NCBI GenBank assembly: GCA_963808125.1
Contig: CAWEEP010000074.1
Span: 116-64,115, forward strand
Direction of reading: 5' to 3'
Source of the DNA: Candidatus Dormiibacterota bacterium
Lineage (GTDB): Bacteria > Chloroflexota > Dormibacteria > Aeolococcales > Aeolococcaceae
Length of the DNA: 64,000 bases
In this document: positions 1 to 9,330 of the stretch, piece by piece
Layout of the letters: each line of letters opens with the position of its first letter
Position numbering within the stretch: position 1 is the stretch's first letter
Notes under the pieces: model-generated
Told to the model about the DNA's origin: nothing
Database searches by the model: none
The model's input: the letters and a program-made list of their open reading frames with translations, nothing else
Translations under genes and position numbers: made by a program

Positions 1-440
1 CGAAGGTGGAGAGAACGCCTTGCAGACGCTGGGGTATCCATTCGGTGAGCATGAGCACACCACCCACCGAGATGGGCGCGGCCAGAACAGATGGCGATCA
101 CCGAGGTGGTCAGCGTTCCGACGATAAAGACGAGCGCCCCGTACGAGGCGTCCTGCGGCGCCGACACGCCGTTGTGCGTGGTGAGGGTGTTGGCGTAGAG
201 GTGGCCGAGGGTGAAGGTGGTGCCGGTGAAGAAGGTGGTGCCGCTGTAGATGATCGCGGGGATGGCCTGCAGCACCATGACCACGATGATCAGCCCCAGC
301 GCGGCGACGGGGATCACCGCCGCCACGCCGGCCAGCCACTGGAAGACCCTGTCGCCGGCGCTGAACTCAGTGTTCCGAGCCCGGGAGGCCCGGGCCGGAC
401 CGGTGGGCGACCCACCGGCCCGGCGACGGACAAGGATCAT
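1..440 (-). CDS. pstC: phosphate ABC transporter permease PstC, N-terminal part only (runs off the window); one apparent frameshift near 85-100
   Basis: My own minus-strand translation from the ATG at 440 gives MILVRRRAGG...DRVFQWLAGVAAVIPVAALGLIIVVMVLQAIP...GALVFIVGTLTTSVIAI. After a 1-nt shift it continues LAAPISVGGVLMLTEWIPQRLQGVLSTF, which is typical PstC. The ATGA overlaps the pstS stop. The ORF is absent from the ORF track because it has no stop inside the window. Confidence 0.6.
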   Translation of the reverse strand, partial: MILVRRRAGGSPTGPARASRARNTEFSAGDRVFQWLAGVAAVIPVAALGLIIVVMVLQAIPAIIYSGTTFFTGTTFTLGHLYANTLTTHNGVSAPQDASYGALVFIVGTLTTSVIAICSGRAHLGGWCAHAHRMDTPASARRSLHL

Positions 441-1558
441 GGGGTCGTCAGGGCACGTAGATGGAGTGGATCGAACGTGACGTTGGGGATGACGCTGGTG
501 GGCAGCGCCACGAAGTTCTCCTTGGTCAGGTTGGCCGCGGTCGCGCCTCCGGTGGAGCTGATCGCCCAGGTGAGGAAGGTGCGCATGGCCAGAGCCGTCG
601 GCAGCGACGACTGGGCCTTGTGCAGCACCAGGTACTCGAAGTTGACGATGGGGTAGGAGTCGGCGCCGCTCTCGTAAATGAGCGACTGGCGCAGATCCTT
701 GGGCACGTCGGTGGCGCCGGCGGCCACCGCGGCGTTGATGTTGGTCGCCGTCGGGACTCGAAGTTGCGCCTGGTTCTGCAGGTTGGCTCTCCGAGACCGT
801 CAGTGATGGCCGTCGGCCTCGACGCTGATGCCGATGTAGGCGATGCAGCCCGCGGTGCTCTGGCAGGTGGTCACCATGGCGGGGTTGCCGCTGGCTGTCT
901 GCTCATTGCTCACCGACGGCCAGCTGACCGTCGTGCCGAAGTTCGGGCCGCTGACAACGTGGAGTTCGGCGCTGAGGAACGAGGTGAAGATGAAGGGTCC
1001 CGAGGTCCAAACGGCGCACCGGGACGATGGTCGTCGAGGGCAGGGTGAGCCGGGTTGAGGGCGGAGATCGCGAGTCGTTCCACTTGGTGATGCTGCCCTG
1101 GTAGATCTGGGCGATGATGTTGCCGCTCAGCTTGAGGTTGCTGATGCCCGGCAGGTTGTAGTGAACCGCCTGCGCGGAGACGGCGATGGGGGATGTGCAG
1201 GATGCCGGATACTTCGGTCTCGGCACCATTGCTCAGGTAGGCGTCGGAGCCGCCCATGTTGACGGCGCCCGTCTCGGCGTCACCTGACCCTTGCCCGAAC
1301 CGCCGGCGGCAGGGCTCAGGGTGATGTTGGGGTATGCCGTGTTCAGCGGCGTCTCCAGCTCCTCGAGGTAGGGGAGAGGAGGCTCGATCCGTCCTCGGTG
1401 AGGGTCACCGTGCTGGTCGGGTTGCCGGTCGCCACGGGCGTGGGTGTCGTGGTGGCGGTGGCGGCGGTGGTGCTGGAGTTGGACGCGCCACAGGCGCTCA
1501 CCAGCAGCGCACCCGCAACCGCCATCGTACTGACAGCCGTGATCCGTCGAATGTTCAT
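437..1558 (-). pseudogene. pstS: phosphate-binding lipoprotein PstS, broken into many frame fragments (about ten frame changes)
   Basis: N-terminal lipoprotein signal MNIRRITAVSTMAVAGALLVSACG (1343..1558). PstS-like blocks lie in alternating frames: PYLEELETPLNTAYPNITLSPAAGGSGKGQ, NMGGSDAYLSNG, IAVSAQAVHYNLPGISNLKLSGNIIAQIYQGSITKWND, FIFTSFLSAELHVVSGPNFGTTVSWP, NINAAVAAGATDVPKDLRQSLIYESGADSYPIVNFEYLVL (437..727). Confidence 0.8.
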
Positions 1559-1616
1559 GAACCTCCCCTTCAGATGGTTGGCGTTGAGACGGGAGATGAG
1601 GGCACGCCGCGCGTGC

Positions 1617-2429
1617 TCATCCGATCCGACCGCTGACGTAGGCCCGGCTCTTGGCGTTGGCCGGGTCGTGAAAGAATGTCCTCGCCGACGTCGCCTCGAC
1701 GAGCTCTCCCGCGGTGAGGAAGACGACGTCGTCGCTGATGCGATTGGCCTGCGCGAGATTGTGGGTGACGATCAGAACCGTGATGCGTTCCGAGATCCGC
1801 TTGATCAGTTCCTCGATGCGCTCGGTGCTGTCCGGGTCGAGCGCCGAGGTGGGCTCGTCGAGGAGGAGCACGCTGGGCGACAGCGCCAGCGCCCGGGCCA
1901 GGCAGAGCAGCTGCTGCTGGCCCCCCGACAGGCCGAAGGGCGACGCATGGAGCCGGGAGGACACGGCCGCCCAGAGGCCCACCTCGGTGAGGCGCTGCTC
2001 GATCAGCTCCTGCACGTTGCGCCGGCTGACAATGCCGTGGGCGCGCGGCGCCAGGCCGACGTTCTCGCTGATGCTGCGAGGGAACGGGTTGGCGCGCTGG
2101 AAGAGCATGCCCACACGGCGCCGCACCTCCCGGACGTTGACGTCCGGGCCGTAGATGTTGACCCCCTCGACGACCACGGACCCCTTGACGCGCATGCCCT
2201 GGGTCTGGTCGTGCATCCGGTTGATGGAGCGAAGAAGGGTGGTCTTGCCGCAGCCGGTGGGGCCGACGATGGCGGTGACCCGGTTGGGGCGGAACGTCGT
2301 GGTGATGCCGGAGAGGAGGGTCTTGTCGCCGAAGCGGACCAAGAGGTCGCGGACCTCCACGCCCTCGGCCACCTCCTCCCCCGTCTGGGAGAAGGCCACG
2401 TTGGTGAGCTCCACGGACCTCGTGACCAC
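1617..2429 (-). CDS. pstB: phosphate ABC transporter ATP-binding protein PstB
   Basis: 270-aa intact ORF. Walker A GPTGCGKTT, signature LSGGQQQLLCLARAL, Walker B LLLDEPTSALD. PstB-specific C-terminus FHDPANAKSRAYVSGRIG. Confidence 0.93.
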   Translation of the reverse strand: MVTRSVELTNVAFSQTGEEVAEGVEVRDLLVRFGDKTLLSGITTTFRPNRVTAIVGPTGCGKTTLLRSINRMHDQTQGMRVKGSVVVEGVNIYGPDVNVREVRRRVGMLFQRANPFPRSISENVGLAPRAHGIVSRRNVQELIEQRLTEVGLWAAVSSRLHASPFGLSGGQQQLLCLARALALSPSVLLLDEPTSALDPDSTERIEELIKRISERITVLIVTHNLAQANRISDDVVFLTAGELVEATSARTFFHDPANAKSRAYVSGRIG

Positions 2430-2474
2430 GGATCGAGCGTAGGGGTCGCTGTTTTGTGGGCGGGTTGCCCAAAG

Positions 2475-2491
2475 GTTAACGACCCGCTAAC
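2475..2491 (-). promoter_or_regulatory. candidate Pho-box-like direct repeat (GTTAAC N5 GCTAAC, 11-nt period) upstream of pstB
   Basis: Two 6-mers differing at one base, spaced exactly 11 nt centre to centre, about 45-60 nt upstream of the pstB start. PhoB/PhoP boxes are 11-nt-periodic direct repeats. This is a pattern match only. Confidence 0.25.
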
Positions 2492-2568
2492 TCGCCCCCC
2501 CGGTTGCACGTCCGTTCGCCACCCGCTGCCCGGCCCGCGGAACGTTCGGGAGGGGTGGGGCGGACCCC

Positions 2569-4300
2569 TCAGGAGGGTGGCGGGGAGGGCGCGGCGCTGG
2601 CGGCGGCGATCGCCTCGCGGACACCGTGGTGGATGTGGTCGGCGGCGATCAGGTCGAGGACGCCGTAGCGCTGGAGGACGTCCCGGATGTCCTCGACGTG
2701 GGCGAGGTGGACGTCGATGGCGCCGTGGCCGAGGTTGTGCAGGAGCGTCAGCAGCATCTGCCCGGCGGTGTAGTCGATGTCGGCGATTGCCGAGAAGTCG
2801 AACGCCACCCAGTACACCCGGTGGGGGGCCGCCTCCACCAGGCTGAGGACCCGGCCGCGGAAGTGTTCGGCGTTGGCGAAGAACAGGGTGCTGTCGAAGC
2901 GGTAGGCGACGCCGCCGGGCATGGTCTCCAGACCGGGCCGGGCTCGGTGCGGGACGAGCTGGCCCTCGGGGTCGGCGGCGGCCGACGATCACCGTGTCAC
3001 GCGGCCGGTAGGCGCGCCGCACGAAGTCGAGGACGGAGAGGCCGACGGCCAGGATGATGCCGGCCTCCACGCCGACGAGCACCACCATCAGGCCGGTGGC
3101 GACGGCGAGGGCGAACTCGTCGCGCCGCAGATGCCAGAGCTCGACGAGGTGGCGGCGGTCGATGAGGTGGACGCCGATGACGAAGACCACGGCGGCCAGG
3201 GTCGCCTCGGGGAGGTAGTGGAGGAGGCCGGTGGCGGCGACCAGGACGGCGATGGTGATGGCGCCCGCCACGAGCTGCGAGAGTTGGGTGCGCTGCCCGG
3301 CGGCGTCGACGACCGCCGTCTTGGTCGGGCTGCCGTTGACGCAGAAGGTGCCGGTCAGCCCGGCGACGAGGTTGGCACCGGCCAGCCCCACCAGGTCACG
3401 GTTCTCGTTGAGCTCCTCGCCGTGCTTCTGGGCAAAGCTGCGGGCTGTCGCGGCGCTCTGGGCGAGGACGACGACGAAGATCGACGCCGCGACGCCGGCC
3501 AGTCCGGGAACCTGCTGCCAGGCGACCTTGGGGAAGGTGATCGGTGGCAGCCCTCCCGGCACCGCGCCGATGATGGCGACGCCGTGCCGGTCCAGACGCA
3601 ACACCGCCGTCAGCACGATGGAGGCGGCGACGACCAGGAGGGCGCCCGGGACGCGCTTGGCGAAGGTCTCGATCAGCAGCAGCGCGCCCACCCCGGCGAT
3701 TGCCAGGAGGGCGGCAGGCACGACGATCTGCCCGGAGTGCCGTGCCAGCGTCGTGAGCTGGTCGATGAGGCTGCCGCTGGCGTGGATGCCCAGCATTCCC
3801 GGCAGCTGGGTGAGCGCGACCTGGATGCCGACACCGGTGAGAAAGCCGATGAGGGCGGTGCGCGACAGGAAGTCGGCGAGGAAGCCGAGGCGCAACAGCC
3901 GCGCCACCAGCAGGTATCCCGCCGCCATCAGAGCGACGATGCCGGCGAGGGCGACGTATTCCTTGCTCGCCGGTTTGGCCATCGTGACGAGAGCCGCGAA
4001 CATGATGGCGGCGGTCGCCGAATCGGCGCCGACGACGAGGTGGCGCGACGAGCCCAGGAGGGCGAAGACGATCGCCGGCACGGCCAGTGTGTAGATACCG
4101 GTGATCACCGGCATCCCCGCGATCTTGGTGTAGCCCATCGACTCGGGAATCGCCACCGCGGCCAGGGTGGCGCCGGCGATGACGTCGGCGACGAGGGTGG
4201 CGCGGCTCGAGCCGTTCATCCCCTGAGCCAGGCCGAGGATGCGGTCGGGCATTGACCGGTTCGGAGCGACCGGGGGGGTGTTTCTCACGGCGGCGCCCAC
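2569..4300 (-). CDS. SulP-family sulfate/anion permease with C-terminal STAS domain; one frameshift near 2980
   Basis: The first ~440 aa of ORF 2003..4300 show a SulP membrane core (AIPESMGYTKIAGMPVITGIYT, GANLVAGLTGTFCVNGSPTKTAV). The STAS domain lies in ORF 2569..2922 (GGVAYRFDSTLFFANAEHF...FDFSAIADIDYTAGQML). The two frames join at RDTVI/AAADPEGQLV. Confidence 0.85.
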
Positions 4301-4376
4301 TCATCCGTGAACCCGGGTGCGCGGGGACGGAGCGCCGCCGGAGCGCTGCAGGCCGGCACCACGCGGGATGCCGCGG

Positions 4377-4748
4377 TCAGACGAGGCGGCAGGGGACGTC
4401 GGCGTCCTCGTCCAGGTGGTAGCTGGCGCAGACGCGGTGGTAGCCGTCGGCGATGGTCAGAGGGAAGTCCTTACCCAGGTCCCCGCGCACCAGCAGCACC
4501 GGGGAGAGCAACGACCCCTTCTCGACCTTGCCCAGATCCTTCTTGACGTGAGCGTTCTCGGCGGGGAGGAGGGGAAGGCCGCTGGCCCGGAGCAGATCCT
4601 TGGCCTTGCGGTGGGTGAGGGGGGCGGCCCTCAGCTTCGTCACCAGGTCGCGGGCGGCGCTCTCGTCGGTGATGAGGCTGAGGTAGTCCGTTGCGGCGGG
4701 AAAATCGTGGTCGTCCGGGGTGCTCTTCCAGTGTTCCCTGGTCGTCAT
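4377..4748 (-). CDS. hypothetical protein, possible ParB/sulfiredoxin-like fold (DGYHR motif)
   Basis: The internal start MTTREHWKST of ORF 4377..5009 has strong third-position G/C. The motif LTIADGYHRVCASY resembles the DGxHR core of ParB/Srx-fold proteins. The upstream part of the track ORF is low complexity. Confidence 0.45.
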   Translation of the reverse strand: MTTREHWKSTPDDHDFPAATDYLSLITDESAARDLVTKLRAAPLTHRKAKDLLRASGLPLLPAENAHVKKDLGKVEKGSLLSPVLLVRGDLGKDFPLTIADGYHRVCASYHLDEDADVPCRLV

Positions 4749-4842
4749 GTGGTGGCTCCCCTGCGAACTGGGCCCGGTATCAGCAACCGGATCTGGCCTC
4801 GAATGGTAGGCATTCCCGGTCCCGACCGCCGCTCTGCCGCGA

Positions 4843-6432
4843 CTAGTTCTTGACGAAGATGACGGCGAAGCCGTCGTCATAGACGCGGGTCCACTGCGGG
4901 TCCACGGTGAGCGCCATGGTGAGCGAGGAGTCGGTCCGCTCGACGACGTAGTCCACCCGGTTGCTGGCCAGGATCTGCTGCCAGTCTGGCTCCGCGTTCT
5001 CGACGTCACTGATCTCCTGCACCAGGTTGTTGCCCATCAGTGTGGCCTCGCCATAGATGAAGACGCGGCGGTCGGTCAGAGGGACGTCGCCGTTGCTGGA
5101 GGGGGAGAAGCGGTAGGCGAGGTAGCCGCCCCAGTCGTAGGCGTTGAACATCCGGGTGCCCACATCGGGGTGCGCCGCCAGCCAGCTGGCCGCCCCCTCT
5201 GGGAAGTTGGCCCGGGTGCTCGCCGCCTGACCCTGGAGGGTGTCCACGACGACGGCACCGGTCACCGCCACGGAGAGCATCAGGGCGAACGTCGCCAGGG
5301 CGGTGAGGTCCTGCCGGCGCCGGCCGGTGTAGGCGGCGAACCGCGGCTGCCAGGTGCTGGCGGCCCAGCCGGCTCCCAGTCCCCAGGCGATGACCGGGAC
5401 GACCGCGCAGACGGCGATGGCGCCGTTGCGCACTGCGGCGAGGGCGAGGACGATGCTCGCCGTGGCCACGCAGACGTCCCAGAGGCGCTGCCGCCGCGCG
5501 GCCACTGCCCAGACGGTGAAGAGGAGCATCAGCCCCAGCCCCCACTCCTCGGGCGAGTGGAAGTTGGGCGACTTCCACTCGGCGATGAAGCCCTGCTGCG
5601 CCGAGCTGAACTGGATGTGCAGGGGGATGAGATAGACGCTGATGGTGTGCGGGTTGATCAGTGCCGTCAGGAAGGAGGCGCCGAGCACCACCCACAGGCC
5701 CAGCGCGCGCCGCCGCGACTCCGCCTTCTCACCGGTGAACGCCCAGCGGGCCGATTCGGTGACGGCGGCGAGACCGACGAAGAACAGGCCGTAGACGAAC
5801 CCACCGTGCAGGTTCGCCCAGATCACCATCACGGCCGGCAGCCAGAAGAGGCGGTGGCTGCGATCGCGTAGGTACGCCTCGATCCAGTAGAGGGTCAGGC
5901 CGAGGAGGGCGAAGCTGATCATCTGCGACCGCGGCCCCCAGACTGCGACGCCCGCCGCCGCTCCGACCAAGAGGCAGACGGCGGCGATGACCGGCGGCGT
6001 GCGCTCCAGGGCGATACGCCGCCAGATCAGCCACATGCCGGTCCAGATCACCGCCGTGTAGACGAGGCTGACGGCGAGGAAGCTGCCGGCGCGGAAGACG
6101 AGGGCGAGGAGGATCTCGCTGCCCCACTCCTGGTCGGCCCACGAGTGGCCGCTCACCGTGTAGGTGAAGAGGTCGTGGGAGGGGAGTGCCCCGTGGCTGA
6201 GCATCCACTGCCCGGTCGCCAGGTGCCAGTAGAAGTCGGGGTCGCCGACCCTTCGGCAGATCACCACCAGCACCCCGATCAACGCCGCAGCGACGATGAG
6301 GCCGCCGATACCTGGGCGGCGGATGCGTCCCCAGAGCTTCGCCGCGGTGGGGGCGCCCTCTCGTGCGGGGGCGGCGGTGATCACGGACGGAGTGACGCCA
6401 CCCTCTGTGGCGGGCTCCTCTGCTGGCGCCAT
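4843..6432 (-). CDS. polytopic membrane protein, GT-C-type glycosyltransferase-like
   Basis: 529-aa intact ORF with many TM segments. N-terminal DPDFYWHLATGQWM, loop WANLHGGFVYG, and a soluble C-terminal domain. The architecture is typical of uncharacterised GT-C/ArnT-like enzymes. Confidence 0.6.
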   Translation of the reverse strand: MAPAEEPATEGGVTPSVITAAPAREGAPTAAKLWGRIRRPGIGGLIVAAALIGVLVVICRRVGDPDFYWHLATGQWMLSHGALPSHDLFTYTVSGHSWADQEWGSEILLALVFRAGSFLAVSLVYTAVIWTGMWLIWRRIALERTPPVIAAVCLLVGAAAGVAVWGPRSQMISFALLGLTLYWIEAYLRDRSHRLFWLPAVMVIWANLHGGFVYGLFFVGLAAVTESARWAFTGEKAESRRRALGLWVVLGASFLTALINPHTISVYLIPLHIQFSSAQQGFIAEWKSPNFHSPEEWGLGLMLLFTVWAVAARRQRLWDVCVATASIVLALAAVRNGAIAVCAVVPVIAWGLGAGWAASTWQPRFAAYTGRRRQDLTALATFALMLSVAVTGAVVVDTLQGQAASTRANFPEGAASWLAAHPDVGTRMFNAYDWGGYLAYRFSPSSNGDVPLTDRRVFIYGEATLMGNNLVQEISDVENAEPDWQQILASNRVDYVVERTDSSLTMALTVDPQWTRVYDDGFAVIFVKN

Positions 6433-6673
6433 CCCGGAGTCACCCTCCTGCGCGACATCGTGGTGGTGGGGCGAAACTCGCTCGCGCCCACCCGCGTGCT
6501 GGCCGGCCTCCCCCCAAACCGGCCGGTCCCGCCGGCCACCGGAGGAGGCCGGGCAATGATACGGTCTGCGCCCTGGGCAGCCATGGCGGTCGGCCGGGCG
6601 CTAACCGCTCCGCAGGGTTGCGCAATGATCATGCCGTTCGGCTCCTCCGGTCCCTCCTCGAGCTGAGGGCGGG

Positions 6674-8323
6674 GTGCCCGGCACGGAGGCGACGGAGGAC
6701 GCGGTGGGACTGTCCGGAAGCCCGGGCACGCACGATGCAGCCGCCCCGGGGCGCCATCCCCCCCCCACCTCCCGGGGCGAGGGTCCGGCGGCGTCTGGCG
6801 CGGGAGGCTGGTTCCGCCGATGGCTGTGGTTCATCGGGCCCACCGCGGTCTATTGCGTCCTTCGAATCCCCTCGTTCTTCGAGCCCCACTGGTACACGGA
6901 CGAGGCGGGCTACGTCGCCACTGCCCGCTCCATGCTGCAAGGGAAGACCCTCTACGCCCAGATCTGGAACAACAAGCCACCCCTGCACTTGTGGACCGTC
7001 GCCATCCTCATCAAGTTCTTCGGCACGAGCGAGGCGGCGCTCCACTCGCTGACCTTCGTCAGCGGGCTCCTCACCCTCGCCGCCGTCGCCTACGCCTGCG
7101 ACAAGGTCCTCGGACGCCGCCGCACTGCCTTCGCGCTCCTGCTCACGGCCGTGCTCCTGGGGACGCCGATCCTCGATGCGGAGCTGCTCATCCCCGAGAG
7201 CCTGCTCATCGCCCCCGTCACCTGGGCCGGGGCGATCCTCCTCCGGCGGTTCGCCGAGCCGGACGCGCGGGCCTGGCCCCGCTGGCCCGTCGCGGTGGGA
7301 GCGCTCGTGGCCGTCGCCATCGCCTACCAGCAGACCGCGCTGGCGGAGGCCTGCGCCTTCGGTTTCATCCTGCTCGTCACCTCGCGAGGCAACTGGCGGC
7401 GCTTCACCGCCTACGCCGCCACCGTGGCGGCGCTGACCGCCGCATGGCTGATCCCAACCGCGGTCTCCGTCGGGGCGTCCACCGTCGCCTACGCCCTCGC
7501 CGGGTTCTACGTCCATTTCACCCAGGGCAACTGGGACGGGCCGGTCGGCGTCCTTCTGCATCTGGTCGCCATCGTCGCCGCCTTCTGCCTGCTGGTTGTC
7601 TGCGCTTGGTTCCGCCGGCATGATCGGGACCCGGCCTGGGCACTCTGGTTCTGGTCGGGCGCCGCCCTCCTCGTCCCCTTCATCGCTCGCCAGCCCTATC
7701 CCCACTACCTGCTCCCCTCCGCGGTGCCGGTGACCATGGCCGTGTGTAGCCTCCGCTCCGTCCGCAGCTGGGGCGTCAGCCTGACCCAGAGGCTCACCGC
7801 CGCCGGGCTCCTCGCCGCGACCGCCCTGGTCATCCCGGCCGCCGCCATCACCGGGTTCAACTGGATCCCGTGGCCGGGGATCTCGACGCTGAGCCTGGCT
7901 ACCTACTACGGCGGCGCCGTCCTCGTGGCCACCGGCGCGCAATCGGACCAGTCCTGGCAGAACGAGTTCGACGCGAGGGTCCCAGAGGATCGGGCTGCCG
8001 CCTCGTGGATCACCAACCACGGGCTCGAGGGCACCTCCGCCGTCATCTGGTCGGCCGACGTCTGGCTCTACACCATCGATGACTTCAGCGTGATCATGCC
8101 GACCCCTCCCATCTACAACGATGCGGTGCTGCTGGGCAGCTGGGACGCGACGGCTCAGCGCATCGCCGCCCTCGATCCCGTGATCGTGGTCACCGAGGGG
8201 ACGACGATCTCGGCCTACCCGCAGATCCAGCCCCTTCTCACGAGCGCCTACCAGGCCTGTGAGCAGAACGGCTCCGAGATCGTGTGGGTGCGGAACGACA
8301 TCGCGCGGGCGCTGCCCGGCTGA
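6674..8323 (+). CDS. ArnT/PMT-like (GT39/GT83-type) membrane glycosyltransferase
   Basis: 549-aa ORF. It has EPHWYTDEAGYVATARSM near the first loop, an Asp/Glu-containing motif typical of GT-C enzymes, and more than 10 TM segments. The start is uncertain: a C10 tract at 6768..6777 lies between candidate starts. Confidence 0.65.
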   Translation: MPGTEATEDAVGLSGSPGTHDAAAPGRHPPPTSRGEGPAASGAGGWFRRWLWFIGPTAVYCVLRIPSFFEPHWYTDEAGYVATARSMLQGKTLYAQIWNNKPPLHLWTVAILIKFFGTSEAALHSLTFVSGLLTLAAVAYACDKVLGRRRTAFALLLTAVLLGTPILDAELLIPESLLIAPVTWAGAILLRRFAEPDARAWPRWPVAVGALVAVAIAYQQTALAEACAFGFILLVTSRGNWRRFTAYAATVAALTAAWLIPTAVSVGASTVAYALAGFYVHFTQGNWDGPVGVLLHLVAIVAAFCLLVVCAWFRRHDRDPAWALWFWSGAALLVPFIARQPYPHYLLPSAVPVTMAVCSLRSVRSWGVSLTQRLTAAGLLAATALVIPAAAITGFNWIPWPGISTLSLATYYGGAVLVATGAQSDQSWQNEFDARVPEDRAAASWITNHGLEGTSAVIWSADVWLYTIDDFSVIMPTPPIYNDAVLLGSWDATAQRIAALDPVIVVTEGTTISAYPQIQPLLTSAYQACEQNGSEIVWVRNDIARALPG

Positions 8324-8390
8324 CCCGGCGGCCGGCCCTCCGCCTCGCGGCGCAGACTCTGAGCGACGCGCACGCGCAGGGAGAACTCAG

Positions 8391-9323
8391 GTGGCCATCG
8401 ACCTGTGGATCCCCGGTGACACCGGGAGCGATCTGCGCGCGCTGCTGCCCGGCGGGGCGGCGGTCCATGAGGTCCCCATGACCGGCGAGCTCCCTCCCCG
8501 CCTCGGTCACGCCGACATCCTCGTCACCGACTTCCGCTGGCGCCGGGCGATCGAGGCCGTCCCGCGCCTCGACGGCCTGCGCGTCCTCCAGTCCCTCTCC
8601 GCCGGGGTCGACGCCATTGCCGGGCGCGTCCCACCCCACGTCACCCTCTGCGACGCCGCCGGCGTTCACGACATCCCGGTGGCGGAGTGGGTGATCGCCG
8701 CCATCCTCGCCGCCCGGCACCGGTTCCCCGAGCACGTCACCGCCCAGGCCGCCGGCCACTGGCTGGATCAGGGCCTCGACCTGACCGGAGGCGGCGCGGA
8801 CCTCGAGGGCGCCACGGCGCTGATCCTCGGTCACGGCTCCATCGGCCGCGCCGTGGAGGAGCGTCTCCGTCCCTTCGGCGTCGAATTCCTCCGCGTCGCT
8901 CGAACAGCCCGCCCCGGTGTGTTCACCGTTGCCGACCTCCCCGCGCTGGTACCGCGCGCCGACATCGTGATCGTCCTCGTGCCCCTCACGGCCGAGACCA
9001 GGGGCCTCGTCGGCCGGGAGTTCCTCGCCGCCATGCGCCGCCGCGCGCTGCTGGTCAACGCTGCCCGGGGAGCGGTCGTCGACACCGGCGCCCTGGTCGC
9101 CGCCCTTCACGCCCGCCGGATCACCGCCGCCCTGGACGTCACCGACCCTGAGCCCCTCCCCGACGGACACCCCCTCTGGTCCTGCCCTGGGCTCTTCATC
9201 ACACCTCATGTGGCCGGGGCGGTGGAGGCGCTGCCGGAGAGAGCCTGGCGCCTGGTGGGTCACCAGGTCGGGCGCTTTCTCCGCGGGGAGCCGCTACTCA
9301 ACGTGGTCGTCGACGGATACTGA
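8391..9323 (+). CDS. D-isomer-specific 2-hydroxyacid dehydrogenase family protein (NAD-binding)
   Basis: GHGSIGRAVEERL (GxGxxG), LVNAARGAVVD, ITPHVAG. The GTG at 8391 is preceded by AGGGAG. The upstream part of track ORF 8259..9323 is Arg/Pro-rich. Confidence 0.8.
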   Translation: MAIDLWIPGDTGSDLRALLPGGAAVHEVPMTGELPPRLGHADILVTDFRWRRAIEAVPRLDGLRVLQSLSAGVDAIAGRVPPHVTLCDAAGVHDIPVAEWVIAAILAARHRFPEHVTAQAAGHWLDQGLDLTGGGADLEGATALILGHGSIGRAVEERLRPFGVEFLRVARTARPGVFTVADLPALVPRADIVIVLVPLTAETRGLVGREFLAAMRRRALLVNAARGAVVDTGALVAALHARRITAALDVTDPEPLPDGHPLWSCPGLFITPHVAGAVEALPERAWRLVGHQVGRFLRGEPLLNVVVDGY

Positions 9324-9330
9324 GATCGCC

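Noticed and set aside
2921-4255. Long antisense ORFs opposite recognised genes: 2921..4255 +, 6629..8020 -, 11744..12895 -, 17018..18472 +, 18926..20251 +, 21785..24058 +, 29947..31362 -, 33165..34304 +, 45265..46533 -, 49439..50848 -, 51173..52645 -, 53091..54821 -.
   Set aside because: They are Arg/Gly/Pro/Ala/Asp-rich low-complexity translations lying exactly antisense to genes with clear family motifs. This is the expected artefact of stop-codon depletion in high-GC DNA.
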